Source: Patescibacteria group bacterium (GTDB lineage: Bacteria; Patescibacteriota; Patescibacteriia; JAXHNJ01). Taken from it: a DNA stretch of 64,000 nucleotides. Position numbers and translations under genes: made by a program. A model generated the notes under the pieces. That model did not search any database. It saw only the letters and a list, made by a program, of their open reading frames with translations, and had not been told where the DNA came from. This document shows positions 1 through 8,777 of the stretch, in pieces (position 1 is the first letter of the stretch; every line of letters begins with the position of its first letter). The stretch covers positions 11,057 through 75,056 of the forward strand of contig JAXHNJ010000003.1 of NCBI GenBank assembly GCA_034520665.1. Direction: 5' to 3'.

Positions 1-10
1 CTCTAGATCC

Positions 11-71
11 CTTAATCACTCAATCAACTCAATTAACTATAATTAACTTAAATTAACTCAACCCCTAAACT
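11..71 (+). repeat. stop-codon-rich octamer array, copy A (overlaps cysS stop)
   Basis: cttaatcactcaatcaactcaattaactataattaacttaaattaactcaacccctaaact; units of A(A/T)(T/C)(A/C)AACTA; same family as copies B to F. Confidence 0.7.
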
Positions 72-1494
72 GCCACACCTGTTCCCCTTCCTGGGTGTCC
101 CTCACTTCAATACCTTTTTCCGCCAACTGATCTCTGATTTTATCAGATTCTTCAAAATTTCTCTTTTTCCTAGCCTGATCCCTTTTTTCTAAAAGTTCTT
201 TTTCTTCACTTGATAATTTTCTTTTCTTGTCATGCCCCCAAAAAATAAAGCCCCAGATCTGATCAATTTCTTTAAGAAATTTAATAATTCTCTGACCCTC
301 ATTTTGGGAAATATTTTTATTATCAATTTCTTTATTTATTTTTTTTATAAAACGGAAAATAACTGCCATGGCTCTGGGCGTGTTCAAGTCATCGTCCATA
401 TACTTTTCAAAATCTTCTTTTATTTTATCCAGATATTTTCTTAAATCAAAATCTGATTTTGCCGCCGATAAATTATTTAAACGCTCGGTGAACTCATCAA
501 ATTTTTTCAAAGAATTTTTAGCTGATTTCATGGCTGTTTTGGTAAAAACTAAGGGCGTGCGGTAGTGGTTAGTTAAAACTAAATAACGGAAATCACGAGC
601 CGAAAAACCCTGCTTTATGATTTCCTCTAAATTCAAAACATTGCCCAGGCTTTTGGACATTTTTTCTTGGCCCATCCGCAAATAAGAACGGTGCACCCAG
701 TATTTAACAAACCTCTTACCAGTGGCCGCTTCGCTTTGGGCGATTTCATTAGAGTGATGAGGAAATTTCAAGTCAATAGCCCCGGTGTGAAGGTCAATCG
801 AAGGCCCCAGGAGCGAGGTCGACATAGCCGAGCACTCAATATGCCAGCCCGGACGGCCTTTCCCGAGTTCGGTTTCCCAGAAAACATCGCCGTCTTGGGG
901 TGACCAAGCCTTCCATAAGGCAAAATCAGCCACTTCTTTTTTATCATAATTATCATGCAAAACCCGGGCCCCGCTTTTTAGCTTTTGTTTTTTTAAATTT
1001 ACTAATTGGCCGTAATTTTTAAATTTTTTGACTTTATAATAGATCGAGCCGTCATCGCCCTGATAAGCATAGTTCTTATCCAGCAGAGTTTTAACCATAT
1101 CCACAATGGATCCGATAAATTCAGTGGCTTTGGGGTAATAGTCAGCCGGCTGCATATTCAAAGCTTTAATATCCTGAAAAAAAGCTTCAATAAAGGGTTG
1201 GGTATAGGTTTCTAAATTTACCCCCGCTTGCATCGAGCCTTTAATGGTTTTGTCATCAACATCGGTCAAATTCATAGCCTGGTTAACCTGATAACCAGAA
1301 TAAATTAAATATCTTTTCAGTAAATCAGCGGCTAAAAAAGCCGACAAATTACCAATATGGGGCTTAGCATAGACCGTCGGACCGCAGCTGTACATAGTCA
1401 CCTTTTTCTTTTTTAAGGGTTTAAAGTTTTCTTTTTTTCTGGATAATGAATTATAAAGTTTAAACATAAAATAGTATTTTAAATATCTAACCAT
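58..1494 (-). CDS. cysS: cysteinyl-tRNA synthetase
   Basis: 478 aa. Class I aaRS motifs: N-terminal CGPTVY..HIGN (HIGH-type) and KMSKSLGN (KMSKS); overall CysRS-like layout. Confidence 0.93.
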   Translation of the reverse strand: MVRYLKYYFMFKLYNSLSRKKENFKPLKKKKVTMYSCGPTVYAKPHIGNLSAFLAADLLKRYLIYSGYQVNQAMNLTDVDDKTIKGSMQAGVNLETYTQPFIEAFFQDIKALNMQPADYYPKATEFIGSIVDMVKTLLDKNYAYQGDDGSIYYKVKKFKNYGQLVNLKKQKLKSGARVLHDNYDKKEVADFALWKAWSPQDGDVFWETELGKGRPGWHIECSAMSTSLLGPSIDLHTGAIDLKFPHHSNEIAQSEAATGKRFVKYWVHRSYLRMGQEKMSKSLGNVLNLEEIIKQGFSARDFRYLVLTNHYRTPLVFTKTAMKSAKNSLKKFDEFTERLNNLSAAKSDFDLRKYLDKIKEDFEKYMDDDLNTPRAMAVIFRFIKKINKEIDNKNISQNEGQRIIKFLKEIDQIWGFIFWGHDKKRKLSSEEKELLEKRDQARKKRNFEESDKIRDQLAEKGIEVRDTQEGEQVWQFRG

Positions 1495-2195
1495 TGGCCC
1501 GACTTGGCCGTGATATTGGCCGGCAGAGTGCCTTCAAAGTAAGAATAGCCATCAAAATATTTTAAGTCTTTAATAGCCAAGTTAGGAATTTCAGCTAAGC
1601 GGTTATTAATAGTTTTTTCCAGCCATGCTTCAGCTTTTTCCAAATAACCTTCGGGCACTGGAATTAAGCCAATTTTCCCTTTTTTTATTTTTAACTCAAT
1701 TGTCTGATCATCCTTTCTTTCCACTAAAACCCGAGTCCAGACCGGCACCTTAAGAGGTTTATTTAAAAAAGCAGATAACTCAAGACCACCTTCAATCATT
1801 TTTACCTGTAAAGAACGGCCCGGGTGATCTTCTGGAAAAGAATACTGAAGCAGTGAAGTAATTTCCTCCTGAGTCGGCTGCAAACTCAAAGAAACCTGAT
1901 CCTTATATTCTTTCTGGCTAAAAGGATGACTATTAGCCTCGAGATTTATTTTTAGCCCGGTTTTTTGTAAAAAGTTTTGCCTTATTTCCTGGCTGGAATT
2001 TACTTTAAGATCCTTAGCCTGGGCGGTTGAAAAAATATGAGAAAGACCCGGTATTTTGTATAAACCGGTCAGACCGATTAAAACTAATGGTATTAAAATA
2101 ATGATCAGACCGAAAACCAGCCAAAGCCATTTTTTTGACTTTTGCTTTTTTTCCGGTTTAATTGGATTAATATCTGACTTATTCTCTAGTCTCAT
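1479..2195 (-). CDS. hypothetical membrane-anchored protein
   Basis: 238 aa. Lys-rich N-terminus followed by one TM helix (WLWLVFGLIIILIPLVLIGL); the rest is predicted soluble with no recognisable family. Confidence 0.45.
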   Translation of the reverse strand: MRLENKSDINPIKPEKKQKSKKWLWLVFGLIIILIPLVLIGLTGLYKIPGLSHIFSTAQAKDLKVNSSQEIRQNFLQKTGLKINLEANSHPFSQKEYKDQVSLSLQPTQEEITSLLQYSFPEDHPGRSLQVKMIEGGLELSAFLNKPLKVPVWTRVLVERKDDQTIELKIKKGKIGLIPVPEGYLEKAEAWLEKTINNRLAEIPNLAIKDLKYFDGYSYFEGTLPANITAKSGQWLDI

Positions 2196-2571
2196 TTTTT
2201 TTATTTATTTGTTTATCAATAGTGCCAATCAGCTCATGAGGACTGGTTTTAGCTTTGACAAAATACCCGGAAGCCCCCAAAGCCAAGGCTCTTTTTATAG
2301 ATTCTTTATCTTCAATATTAGTCAGCATAATAATAGGTATGTTTTTGGTTTTGTCTTCTTTTTTGACAAATTGCAAAAAATCAAAGCCGTTAATTTTCGG
2401 AATTCGAATATCCAACAAAACTAAATCAGGAAAATTTTGTTTAATTTTTTTTAAACCCTCTTCGCCGTCAGAAGCTGAGCTAGTTTTGAAGTTAGCTTCT
2501 TGTAATATTTTTTTTAAAGCAAAGACCTCGGTGGGTTCGTCTTCAATAATTAATATTTTTTTATCAGCCAT
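2179..2571 (-). CDS. response regulator, receiver domain only (CheY-like)
   Basis: 130 aa. KILIIEDEP...DLVLLDIRIPKINGFDFL... receiver pattern with phospho-acceptor Asp and the Lys near the C-terminus; no output domain. Confidence 0.8.
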   Translation of the reverse strand: MADKKILIIEDEPTEVFALKKILQEANFKTSSASDGEEGLKKIKQNFPDLVLLDIRIPKINGFDFLQFVKKEDKTKNIPIIMLTNIEDKESIKRALALGASGYFVKAKTSPHELIGTIDKQINKKNETRE

Positions 2572-2941
2572 TTTTTATAACCTTTTTTATTTTATTAATA
2601 AAATCATCCAAATTAAATTCAGTCTTTATTAGATAATCTTTAGCCCCCAGCTTAAGTCCTTTTTCAATATCACCTTTTTTGCTTAAATTAGACATAATCA
2701 CCACCGGAATATCTCTATATTTATCATTTTCCTTAATTTCCTTTAAAAAATCATAACCACTCATTTGGGGAAGAATAATATCCAAGACGATTAAATCAGG
2801 CTCATCTTTCTCCAGAGCCTCTAAAGCTTTTTCTCCGGAATCAACTGTGGTAATTGAATACCCATCAACGGTTAGACGAGCCTTAAGAGCGTAGAGTAAA
2901 GCCGCTTCATCCTCGATTATTAATATTTTTTTTGATTTCAT
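2564..2941 (-). CDS. response regulator, receiver domain only (CheY-like)
   Basis: 125 aa. KILIIEDEAALLYAL...DLIVLDIILPQMSGYDFL; second stand-alone receiver, overlapping the downstream receiver gene by 8 nt. Confidence 0.8.
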   Translation of the reverse strand: MKSKKILIIEDEAALLYALKARLTVDGYSITTVDSGEKALEALEKDEPDLIVLDIILPQMSGYDFLKEIKENDKYRDIPVVIMSNLSKKGDIEKGLKLGAKDYLIKTEFNLDDFINKIKKVIKNG

Positions 2942-2958
2942 AATTTTAGATTTAATAT

Positions 2959-4032
2959 TTATGATAATGGTAAATTAAAATAAAAGGTAGTACCGACTCC
3001 TTTTTTGGAAGCCACGCCAATATTGCCCCCATGGGCTTCAACAATGCCTTTGACAATAACCAAACCTAAACCAGATCCTTTTTCCTTTTTTTGGGAAACA
3101 TTTTTCATCTGCTCAAACTTATTAAAAAGTTTTGATAAATTCTTAAAAGAAATACCCTGGCCATTATCAGTTACAGAAATAACTAGTGACTGGTCGTAAT
3201 TATCAAGCTTATTGTCACCACCTTTAAGATACCACTCAATCTGATTTTTCTCCGCTTCCTGGTTTAGGTCATGCTTTTTTTTATGTAAAAAAGCGCCGAT
3301 TTCTATACGCCCCTCTTTTTTGGTAAATTTAATAGCATTGGACAATAGATTCTCAAAAACCTGGCGCATTTTTTTCTTATCAATTGGTATTTGAGGTAAA
3401 TTTTCTGACTTTTTAAACTTGATTGATATATTTTTATTTCCGGCCACGGGTTTAAAATACTTAATAACATCTTCGATCAAATAGGAAATATCAGATACCT
3501 CTTTTTCTGCTTTAAACATGCCAGACTCAATTTTTGAAACATCCAGTAAGTCATTAACAATATCAAGCATCCTCTGACTGCTTTGATTTACCAGCTTGAC
3601 TGGTTCTTCAAAGTGGCGAACCTTATCTTTTTTAATATCATCAATCATTAAATTAGAAACCATGCGTAAACCGTTTAAAGGTGACCGCAGGTCATGAACC
3701 ATCATATTTATGAATTCTGTCCTTTGTTTTTCGGCCTTTTTCAACTTCTCCAAAGTATTTTTTAGTTTAGTGTTTATATTTTGCAGATTTTTTTTAGAAT
3801 CAGCCACTTTAACCGTGCCCTGATGGACAAAATAAGAAATAATAAACATAACCATAGCTATAAAAACTGTCATCAAAAAAACAATTTCTTCTGAATAATA
3901 ATTACGGGCAATAAAAAAAGTGGTCAAAATAAGCAGTATGGTGATAAAGCCGGCAAAAATAAACAAAGAAGAAGGACATTCGAAAAAACCAAGTTTAAGG
4001 TCTTTGCATTCTTTAAATGATTTAATTTTCAT
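2959..4032 (-). CDS. sensor histidine kinase (HisKA plus HATPase_c)
   Basis: 357 aa. Two N-terminal TM helices, H-box MVHDLRSPLNGL, then N/G boxes (DNGQGISFKNLSKLFNKFEQ, GSGLGLVIVKGIVEAHGG). Confidence 0.85.
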   Translation of the reverse strand: MKIKSFKECKDLKLGFFECPSSLFIFAGFITILLILTTFFIARNYYSEEIVFLMTVFIAMVMFIISYFVHQGTVKVADSKKNLQNINTKLKNTLEKLKKAEKQRTEFINMMVHDLRSPLNGLRMVSNLMIDDIKKDKVRHFEEPVKLVNQSSQRMLDIVNDLLDVSKIESGMFKAEKEVSDISYLIEDVIKYFKPVAGNKNISIKFKKSENLPQIPIDKKKMRQVFENLLSNAIKFTKKEGRIEIGAFLHKKKHDLNQEAEKNQIEWYLKGGDNKLDNYDQSLVISVTDNGQGISFKNLSKLFNKFEQMKNVSQKKEKGSGLGLVIVKGIVEAHGGNIGVASKKGVGTTFYFNLPLS

Positions 4033-4035
4033 ATA

Positions 4036-4338
4036 TTAATCAGTTAACAAGCCCCAAATAAAGGCGTAGATTAAACTATAAAATAAGAGAGAGTAAAATA
4101 TTCTTTGAGCTTTTGTTTTTGTTTTTATTATAGCATAGCTCTCCTTTTTTTCCTCTTTCCCTCCGATTATTTTTATAATATAAATAAGGCCGTAAACAAA
4201 AGTAACACCAGAGGCTATTTTAAAACATAGATTATAAGGTAATTGTCCGGCCAGACCATAAAGGACTAAAGAAAGCAGAAAAGTTAAAACAAATATTAGA
4301 AGTAAACTTAAGATCAATTTTTTTAATCTTAAAACCAT
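4036..4338 (-). CDS. small integral membrane protein
   Basis: 100 aa, three predicted TM helices; no family recognised. Confidence 0.35.
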   Translation of the reverse strand: MVLRLKKLILSLLLIFVLTFLLSLVLYGLAGQLPYNLCFKIASGVTFVYGLIYIIKIIGGKEEKKESYAIIKTKTKAQRIFYSLLFYSLIYAFIWGLLTD

Positions 4339-4343
4339 AAAGT

Positions 4344-5996
4344 TTACATTTTAACCACTTGACCCGGATTAAGGCTGTGATAATTTTTATTTTGGGATCT
4401 GGTTGATTTTTTATTTTCTTTGCTTGAATAATTTTTATTATCTTGGTGTGAAGATTTTCTCTGCTTAGCTTTTCTCCGCTTGCTTTGTTTAAAGGAAGTG
4501 GGCTCTTTACCTAAAGCTTCTTTCAATGATATTGCCTTTTTATTATCAATACTAGCTTGGGGCACAATTTTTTCTTTGCGAAAATCTACTTTAGGTTTAT
4601 TATCTTTTTTGTTATATCTTCTGTTTTTATTATAATTTTTATTATAATTTCGGTTTGTCTGATTATTGCTTTGGCTTTTTTGGGCTTCTGATTTGGCTCC
4701 GGTCCAGCGAGAAATTTTATCTTCAATTATTTCCCTTTTTTCTGAATATCTTTCCCGGGAAGTACGAATTATTTTTTCGCGGTTACCTTCCTCTTCTGTT
4801 ACTGGTGGCAAAGTAGAGGCAGAAAAAGGATCAGAAGCCACACCGTCAATCATTAGTTTTAAATAAACCTCATACTTAGTTAAATTAACTAAATCAGTCT
4901 CCGAAAAAATAGGCTCAAATTCCTTGACTAAAAATTCCGCGTCAGCAGCCCCCACCCGGAAAGCCACAATAGTGCCGACATTACCAAAAACAGCCGCCTG
5001 AACCTTTTCATCCAGCTGTTCAATATACTGATGAGCAATGGTTAAATCCAGCCGGTATTTTCTGGCCTCAGATAAAATAGTAGCAAAACTCTCGGTAGCA
5101 AAGTTCTGAAATTCATCAACATAAAGGTAAAAATCTTTTCTTTCTTCCTCAGGAACATCAATCCGACTCATAGCGGCCAGCTGAATTTTCGTCACCATCA
5201 TAGCTCCCAGTAATGAAGAATTATCCTCGCCCACTCGTCCCTTGGAAAGATTCAAAAGTAAGATTTTACCCTCATCCATAATTTCACGCATATCAATGGT
5301 GCTTTTGGGCTGGCCTACAATATTCCTGATGACCGAGCTGGATAAAAACTGCCCGACCTTATTTTGAATAGGAGAAATAGCTTCGGTACGAAACTGATTA
5401 GAATAGGCTTGATATTCATTCTTCCAAAAGGCCTTGACCACTGGATCAGTGATTTTATCCACCACTTTTTTGCGATAATTTTTATCCACCAGCAAACGAG
5501 TAACACCAAGAAGAGTGCTGCCTGGATATTCAAGCAAAGATAAAATAGTATTACGCAATAAGTATTCCAAACGCGGTCCCCAGGAATCAATCCATATTTT
5601 CTTGAAAACAGCAATTAAGCCAGAAGTAACTAAATGATGATAGGTCGGATCAACAGATTCCAAAACATTAAAAGCAATGGGATAATCTAAATCAGCCGGA
5701 TTAAAATAAACCACGTCATTAATACGATGAGAAGGAATAAACTGAATAACTCTTTCTACTAAATCACCCAGCGGATCTATTAGAGCCACTCCTTTGCCTC
5801 TATGAATATCATCTACAATCATATTTTCAATAGTGGTAGATTTTCCCATGCCGGTTTTACCAATAATATACATATGACGACGACGATCATCACTTTTAAT
5901 ACCAAACTTCCGGTTTATATTCCGAAAATTGGTCATAGCAAAAGGAGTAATCTCATTCTCCTGATTATTATTATTTTGACTATTATTGGTTGCCAT
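4344..5996 (-). CDS. FtsK/HerA/VirD4-superfamily P-loop ATPase (type IV coupling protein-like), no membrane domain, N/K-rich C-terminal tail
   Basis: 550 aa. Walker A IIGKTGMGKSTT followed by ALIDPLGDL (DPKGD/DPHGEY-like). Walker B FYLYVDEFQNF, then RKYRLDLTIAHQ...FGNVGT, typical of the TrwB/VirD4/HerA clade. The last ~130 aa are low complexity (N, K, Q, S, R). Confidence 0.6.
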   Translation of the reverse strand: MATNNSQNNNNQENEITPFAMTNFRNINRKFGIKSDDRRRHMYIIGKTGMGKSTTIENMIVDDIHRGKGVALIDPLGDLVERVIQFIPSHRINDVVYFNPADLDYPIAFNVLESVDPTYHHLVTSGLIAVFKKIWIDSWGPRLEYLLRNTILSLLEYPGSTLLGVTRLLVDKNYRKKVVDKITDPVVKAFWKNEYQAYSNQFRTEAISPIQNKVGQFLSSSVIRNIVGQPKSTIDMREIMDEGKILLLNLSKGRVGEDNSSLLGAMMVTKIQLAAMSRIDVPEEERKDFYLYVDEFQNFATESFATILSEARKYRLDLTIAHQYIEQLDEKVQAAVFGNVGTIVAFRVGAADAEFLVKEFEPIFSETDLVNLTKYEVYLKLMIDGVASDPFSASTLPPVTEEEGNREKIIRTSRERYSEKREIIEDKISRWTGAKSEAQKSQSNNQTNRNYNKNYNKNRRYNKKDNKPKVDFRKEKIVPQASIDNKKAISLKEALGKEPTSFKQSKRRKAKQRKSSHQDNKNYSSKENKKSTRSQNKNYHSLNPGQVVKM

Positions 5997-6002
5997 AAAA
6001 AT

Positions 6003-7454
6003 CTATTTAGTAAAGGGTAAGTTATTGGGCGCCACCGGTGGTTGGCCGTCCTGAGGTTGGTTTTCTTTTGTCTTGTTACTAGGACCCACTGTTTGAGGAG
6101 ATTTTTTGGGTTCGGGAGAAAAGACCTGCTGAGGCAAAGACACCGGCGGTTCACCTTTTCGAGCCTCTGTCTTTTTAACCAGCGGCGCCTTGACTGTAGA
6201 AATTGGAAAGTGAAATAAACTGGCTAACTCTTCGATATTTAAAACAAACATATTGCGGCCTCGAACACCACTCCGGTATTTATAGCCCCAAAGCAGCCTC
6301 CTTTTACGGTTATTAATTCTCCACTGAGTAATAGCTTCAATAGGCGGATAAGTTACTTTGGTTTTGGTTTTTTTGTCCCGCTTAAGACCATTTAAATCTA
6401 AGGTGTTATACTGCTTCATAGCCCCGAGGACAGCCGGGATTATTCTTTTATGGCTAAAAACTTCTTTTTCAGCAAAATAAACTACCCGTATTTTAGTGCG
6501 GAAAGCAATTTTAGATATTTTAATGCCAATAGCCTCAACTACTGCTTTTTCTGAAGGAGTTAAGTGCTGCATCATAGTCGGCCATTTCAAGCCTTCGTTT
6601 TGACTAGCCCTTTCACCAAATTCAGAAGGAGGTATTATTGAAGCAGTCAGTGATTCACTAAACCCTTTAACAAAATCACGCGGCAACCAAAATAAATCAT
6701 TACTTTTAGAGGAACTTTTAGCTCCAATCAATTTCTTGATTAAATTAATACCATTATCACGCCATTTATTGCCTTCGGGAGGAGCAATAACAAACTGCAG
6801 CCAAAGCTGTTCTCCCTGCATTAAACGGCTTAAAATTTCCAATAAAGAACCCATCGGATCTTTAAAATATTCTTTGGCCGCCGGATCTTCAAAATCACGA
6901 TAAGTTTTAATCGGATAAACTTCTTTTTTGTCTAATTTCATTTCAGCTCCATAAATATCATATTGGTCATTGGGAAATTCAACTTTAATATCTTCTGTAT
7001 AGTCCTGAACTTCCGTAATTTCAGCGTCCGGATACTGAGCGTAAATGGCTGACTCTACCATATCACGAAATTGATTGGGAGTTCTGATCAAAAATTGGAT
7101 ATATCCGCCCATACTAATTATTTCCAAAGCAAAAGCCTGCTGGTTATAGCCATGCAGCCAGCGGTCTATTTTGCTGCCTTTTTTTTGTATGCCATGAAGA
7201 TGAGAAAAAATATTTTCCACGGCCTTGGGTGTCTGTTCATTTTCTTTGGGTATATCAATAGCTAAAAGAGTAAATTCTATTTTTGAATTGTAAATATTTT
7301 TACGCCACTGAATCCAGGTCCACCAAAGTCCAAACAAAATTGCCCCTAAAATAATTACCCAACCACCATGAATAATAATATACCAAAGCATAGCTAAAGG
7401 AGCAAAATAAGAGTTACTATTTATGGGAGTAGTTAAATCAATGCTAATTTCCAT
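6003..7454 (-). CDS. membrane protein partner of the upstream ATPase (two N-terminal TM helices plus ~400 aa soluble domain)
   Basis: 483 aa. TM helices at roughly aa 18-60, Pro/Gln-rich C-terminus. Separated by 7 nt from the ATPase gene, so probably co-operonic; may supply the missing membrane anchor. Confidence 0.45.
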   Translation of the reverse strand: MEISIDLTTPINSNSYFAPLAMLWYIIIHGGWVIILGAILFGLWWTWIQWRKNIYNSKIEFTLLAIDIPKENEQTPKAVENIFSHLHGIQKKGSKIDRWLHGYNQQAFALEIISMGGYIQFLIRTPNQFRDMVESAIYAQYPDAEITEVQDYTEDIKVEFPNDQYDIYGAEMKLDKKEVYPIKTYRDFEDPAAKEYFKDPMGSLLEILSRLMQGEQLWLQFVIAPPEGNKWRDNGINLIKKLIGAKSSSKSNDLFWLPRDFVKGFSESLTASIIPPSEFGERASQNEGLKWPTMMQHLTPSEKAVVEAIGIKISKIAFRTKIRVVYFAEKEVFSHKRIIPAVLGAMKQYNTLDLNGLKRDKKTKTKVTYPPIEAITQWRINNRKRRLLWGYKYRSGVRGRNMFVLNIEELASLFHFPISTVKAPLVKKTEARKGEPPVSLPQQVFSPEPKKSPQTVGPSNKTKENQPQDGQPPVAPNNLPFTK

Positions 7455-7460
7455 ATTTGG

Positions 7461-8600
7461 TTATTTTTGTTTCAAATCTTGATCTTTTTCAATTAAAGTA
7501 TAGGTTTTATCAGGATTTTTATTAAATTTTTTAGAGTCGGATAAAGCCAGTAAAATAGTATTCTTTTTAACCATTCTTCTTTTTAAAACCCTCGCCACAA
7601 TTTCATCCCGTTTTAATGGTTGGTCAGAATTTTTTAAAACATCTTCAATAACATCAGACACCACACCAGACTGATAACCCCATTCTTTTAAAGCATAAAT
7701 ACCGCGGCCAACCAAAACATATTCGTCATTTAAAATTAATTCATTATGAACTGTTGGCGGATAGGCTTTTTTTCGGTCAAATCCGGCCTTGTTTATCAGC
7801 TCAGCAATTTTAGTAAAATGTAAGGGCTTTTCCTGTTTTTTTAAAATAATATGAATTTTATCATTTATTCTTTTTGGATTTATACTGCCCCAACTAGATA
7901 ACCCAAAATCACCATAAGGATTCATATCAATTTTTTTACTAATCCTTAAATAAGAAATTATAGCTTCATCTGATAAAACCTCATTTTCTGATTCATAGAA
8001 TTCAGTTTTTTTAAACTTTTTTATCACTTTGTCCTGGGAAATAGGCTTACCTTCTACTTTAAGGATTTCTAAAAAATTTTCTATAGATTTATCAAGAAGC
8101 TTTCGGCTGGCTGATTCTAGCTGCCATGAATCTCTTAACTTTTTATCACTAAGTGTTTCATACTTATAATCAAAAATACTCTTCATAAGAAATTTTACAG
8201 CGTTATCATTGACTTTATTATCCCCAGCATGAGATAAAAGTTTTTCATTAAAAAAATTCTTTTCCATAATACTGCCATGTTCGTGGATGAGATGAGTAAT
8301 TATACCTTCTACTTCATTAATTAAATCTTTAAATTGTGAGGATTTCTTAATTTTTTTCACTGAAGAGTTTTCAATTTGTCGAATTCTTTCCCGAGTAACG
8401 TTAAAATGATTACCAATTTCTTCCAAAGTTTCTTCTTTGTCACCGCTTAAGCCATATCGGCGCCTTAAAATATCCTCTTCTTTACTGGAAACTAACTTCA
8501 GAAGTGAAGAAACTATTTCTAGCGGATTAAAATGACTGATATCTGAAGCTTGTTTCGAGCTGAGGATCTTGTCTAAAAGACTTGAATCTTGCTCATTCAT
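7461..8600 (-). CDS. sigma-70 region 4 (N-terminal) fused to C-terminal HARE-HTH domain protein
   Basis: 379 aa. aa 40-90 EEDILRRRYGLSGDKEETLEEIGNHFNVTRERIRQIE is a textbook sigma70_r4 HTH. aa 270-330 KPLHFTKIAELINKAG...YPPTVHNELILNDEYVLVGRGIYALKEWGY matches the HARE-HTH of RNAP delta subunit. No region 2 or 3. Confidence 0.6.
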   Translation of the reverse strand: MNEQDSSLLDKILSSKQASDISHFNPLEIVSSLLKLVSSKEEDILRRRYGLSGDKEETLEEIGNHFNVTRERIRQIENSSVKKIKKSSQFKDLINEVEGIITHLIHEHGSIMEKNFFNEKLLSHAGDNKVNDNAVKFLMKSIFDYKYETLSDKKLRDSWQLESASRKLLDKSIENFLEILKVEGKPISQDKVIKKFKKTEFYESENEVLSDEAIISYLRISKKIDMNPYGDFGLSSWGSINPKRINDKIHIILKKQEKPLHFTKIAELINKAGFDRKKAYPPTVHNELILNDEYVLVGRGIYALKEWGYQSGVVSDVIEDVLKNSDQPLKRDEIVARVLKRRMVKKNTILLALSDSKKFNKNPDKTYTLIEKDQDLKQK

Positions 8601-8777
8601 ATTTTTAAATTTAATATTTATAATTAGAGATTTTAGAGAGATAAACCTCTCTTTTAAAACATAAAAATTAATTTATATCTCATCTTTAGTATAGCATACT
8701 TTTTTAATGTTGTCAAGAATATGTTATAAAATAAAAATCGCCTTAAAAGCGAGTATTTTATTAAATTTAAATAATTT

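Noticed and set aside
232-565. Small plus-strand ORFs (232-444, 368-565, 667-903, 1006-1215) inside cysS
   Set aside because: Antisense to a well-supported cysS with no independent signals, so treated as spurious. The same applies to the other 60-130-aa ORFs nested antisense in secA, secD, murD, pilB, murA, ahcY, cysNC and others.
4344-5996. Calling the ATPase specifically VirD4 (conjugative coupling protein)
   Set aside because: No relaxase, VirB4 or other T4SS genes are in the window, and there are no TM helices. The motifs are shared by HerA/FtsK-like ATPases, so it is kept at superfamily level.
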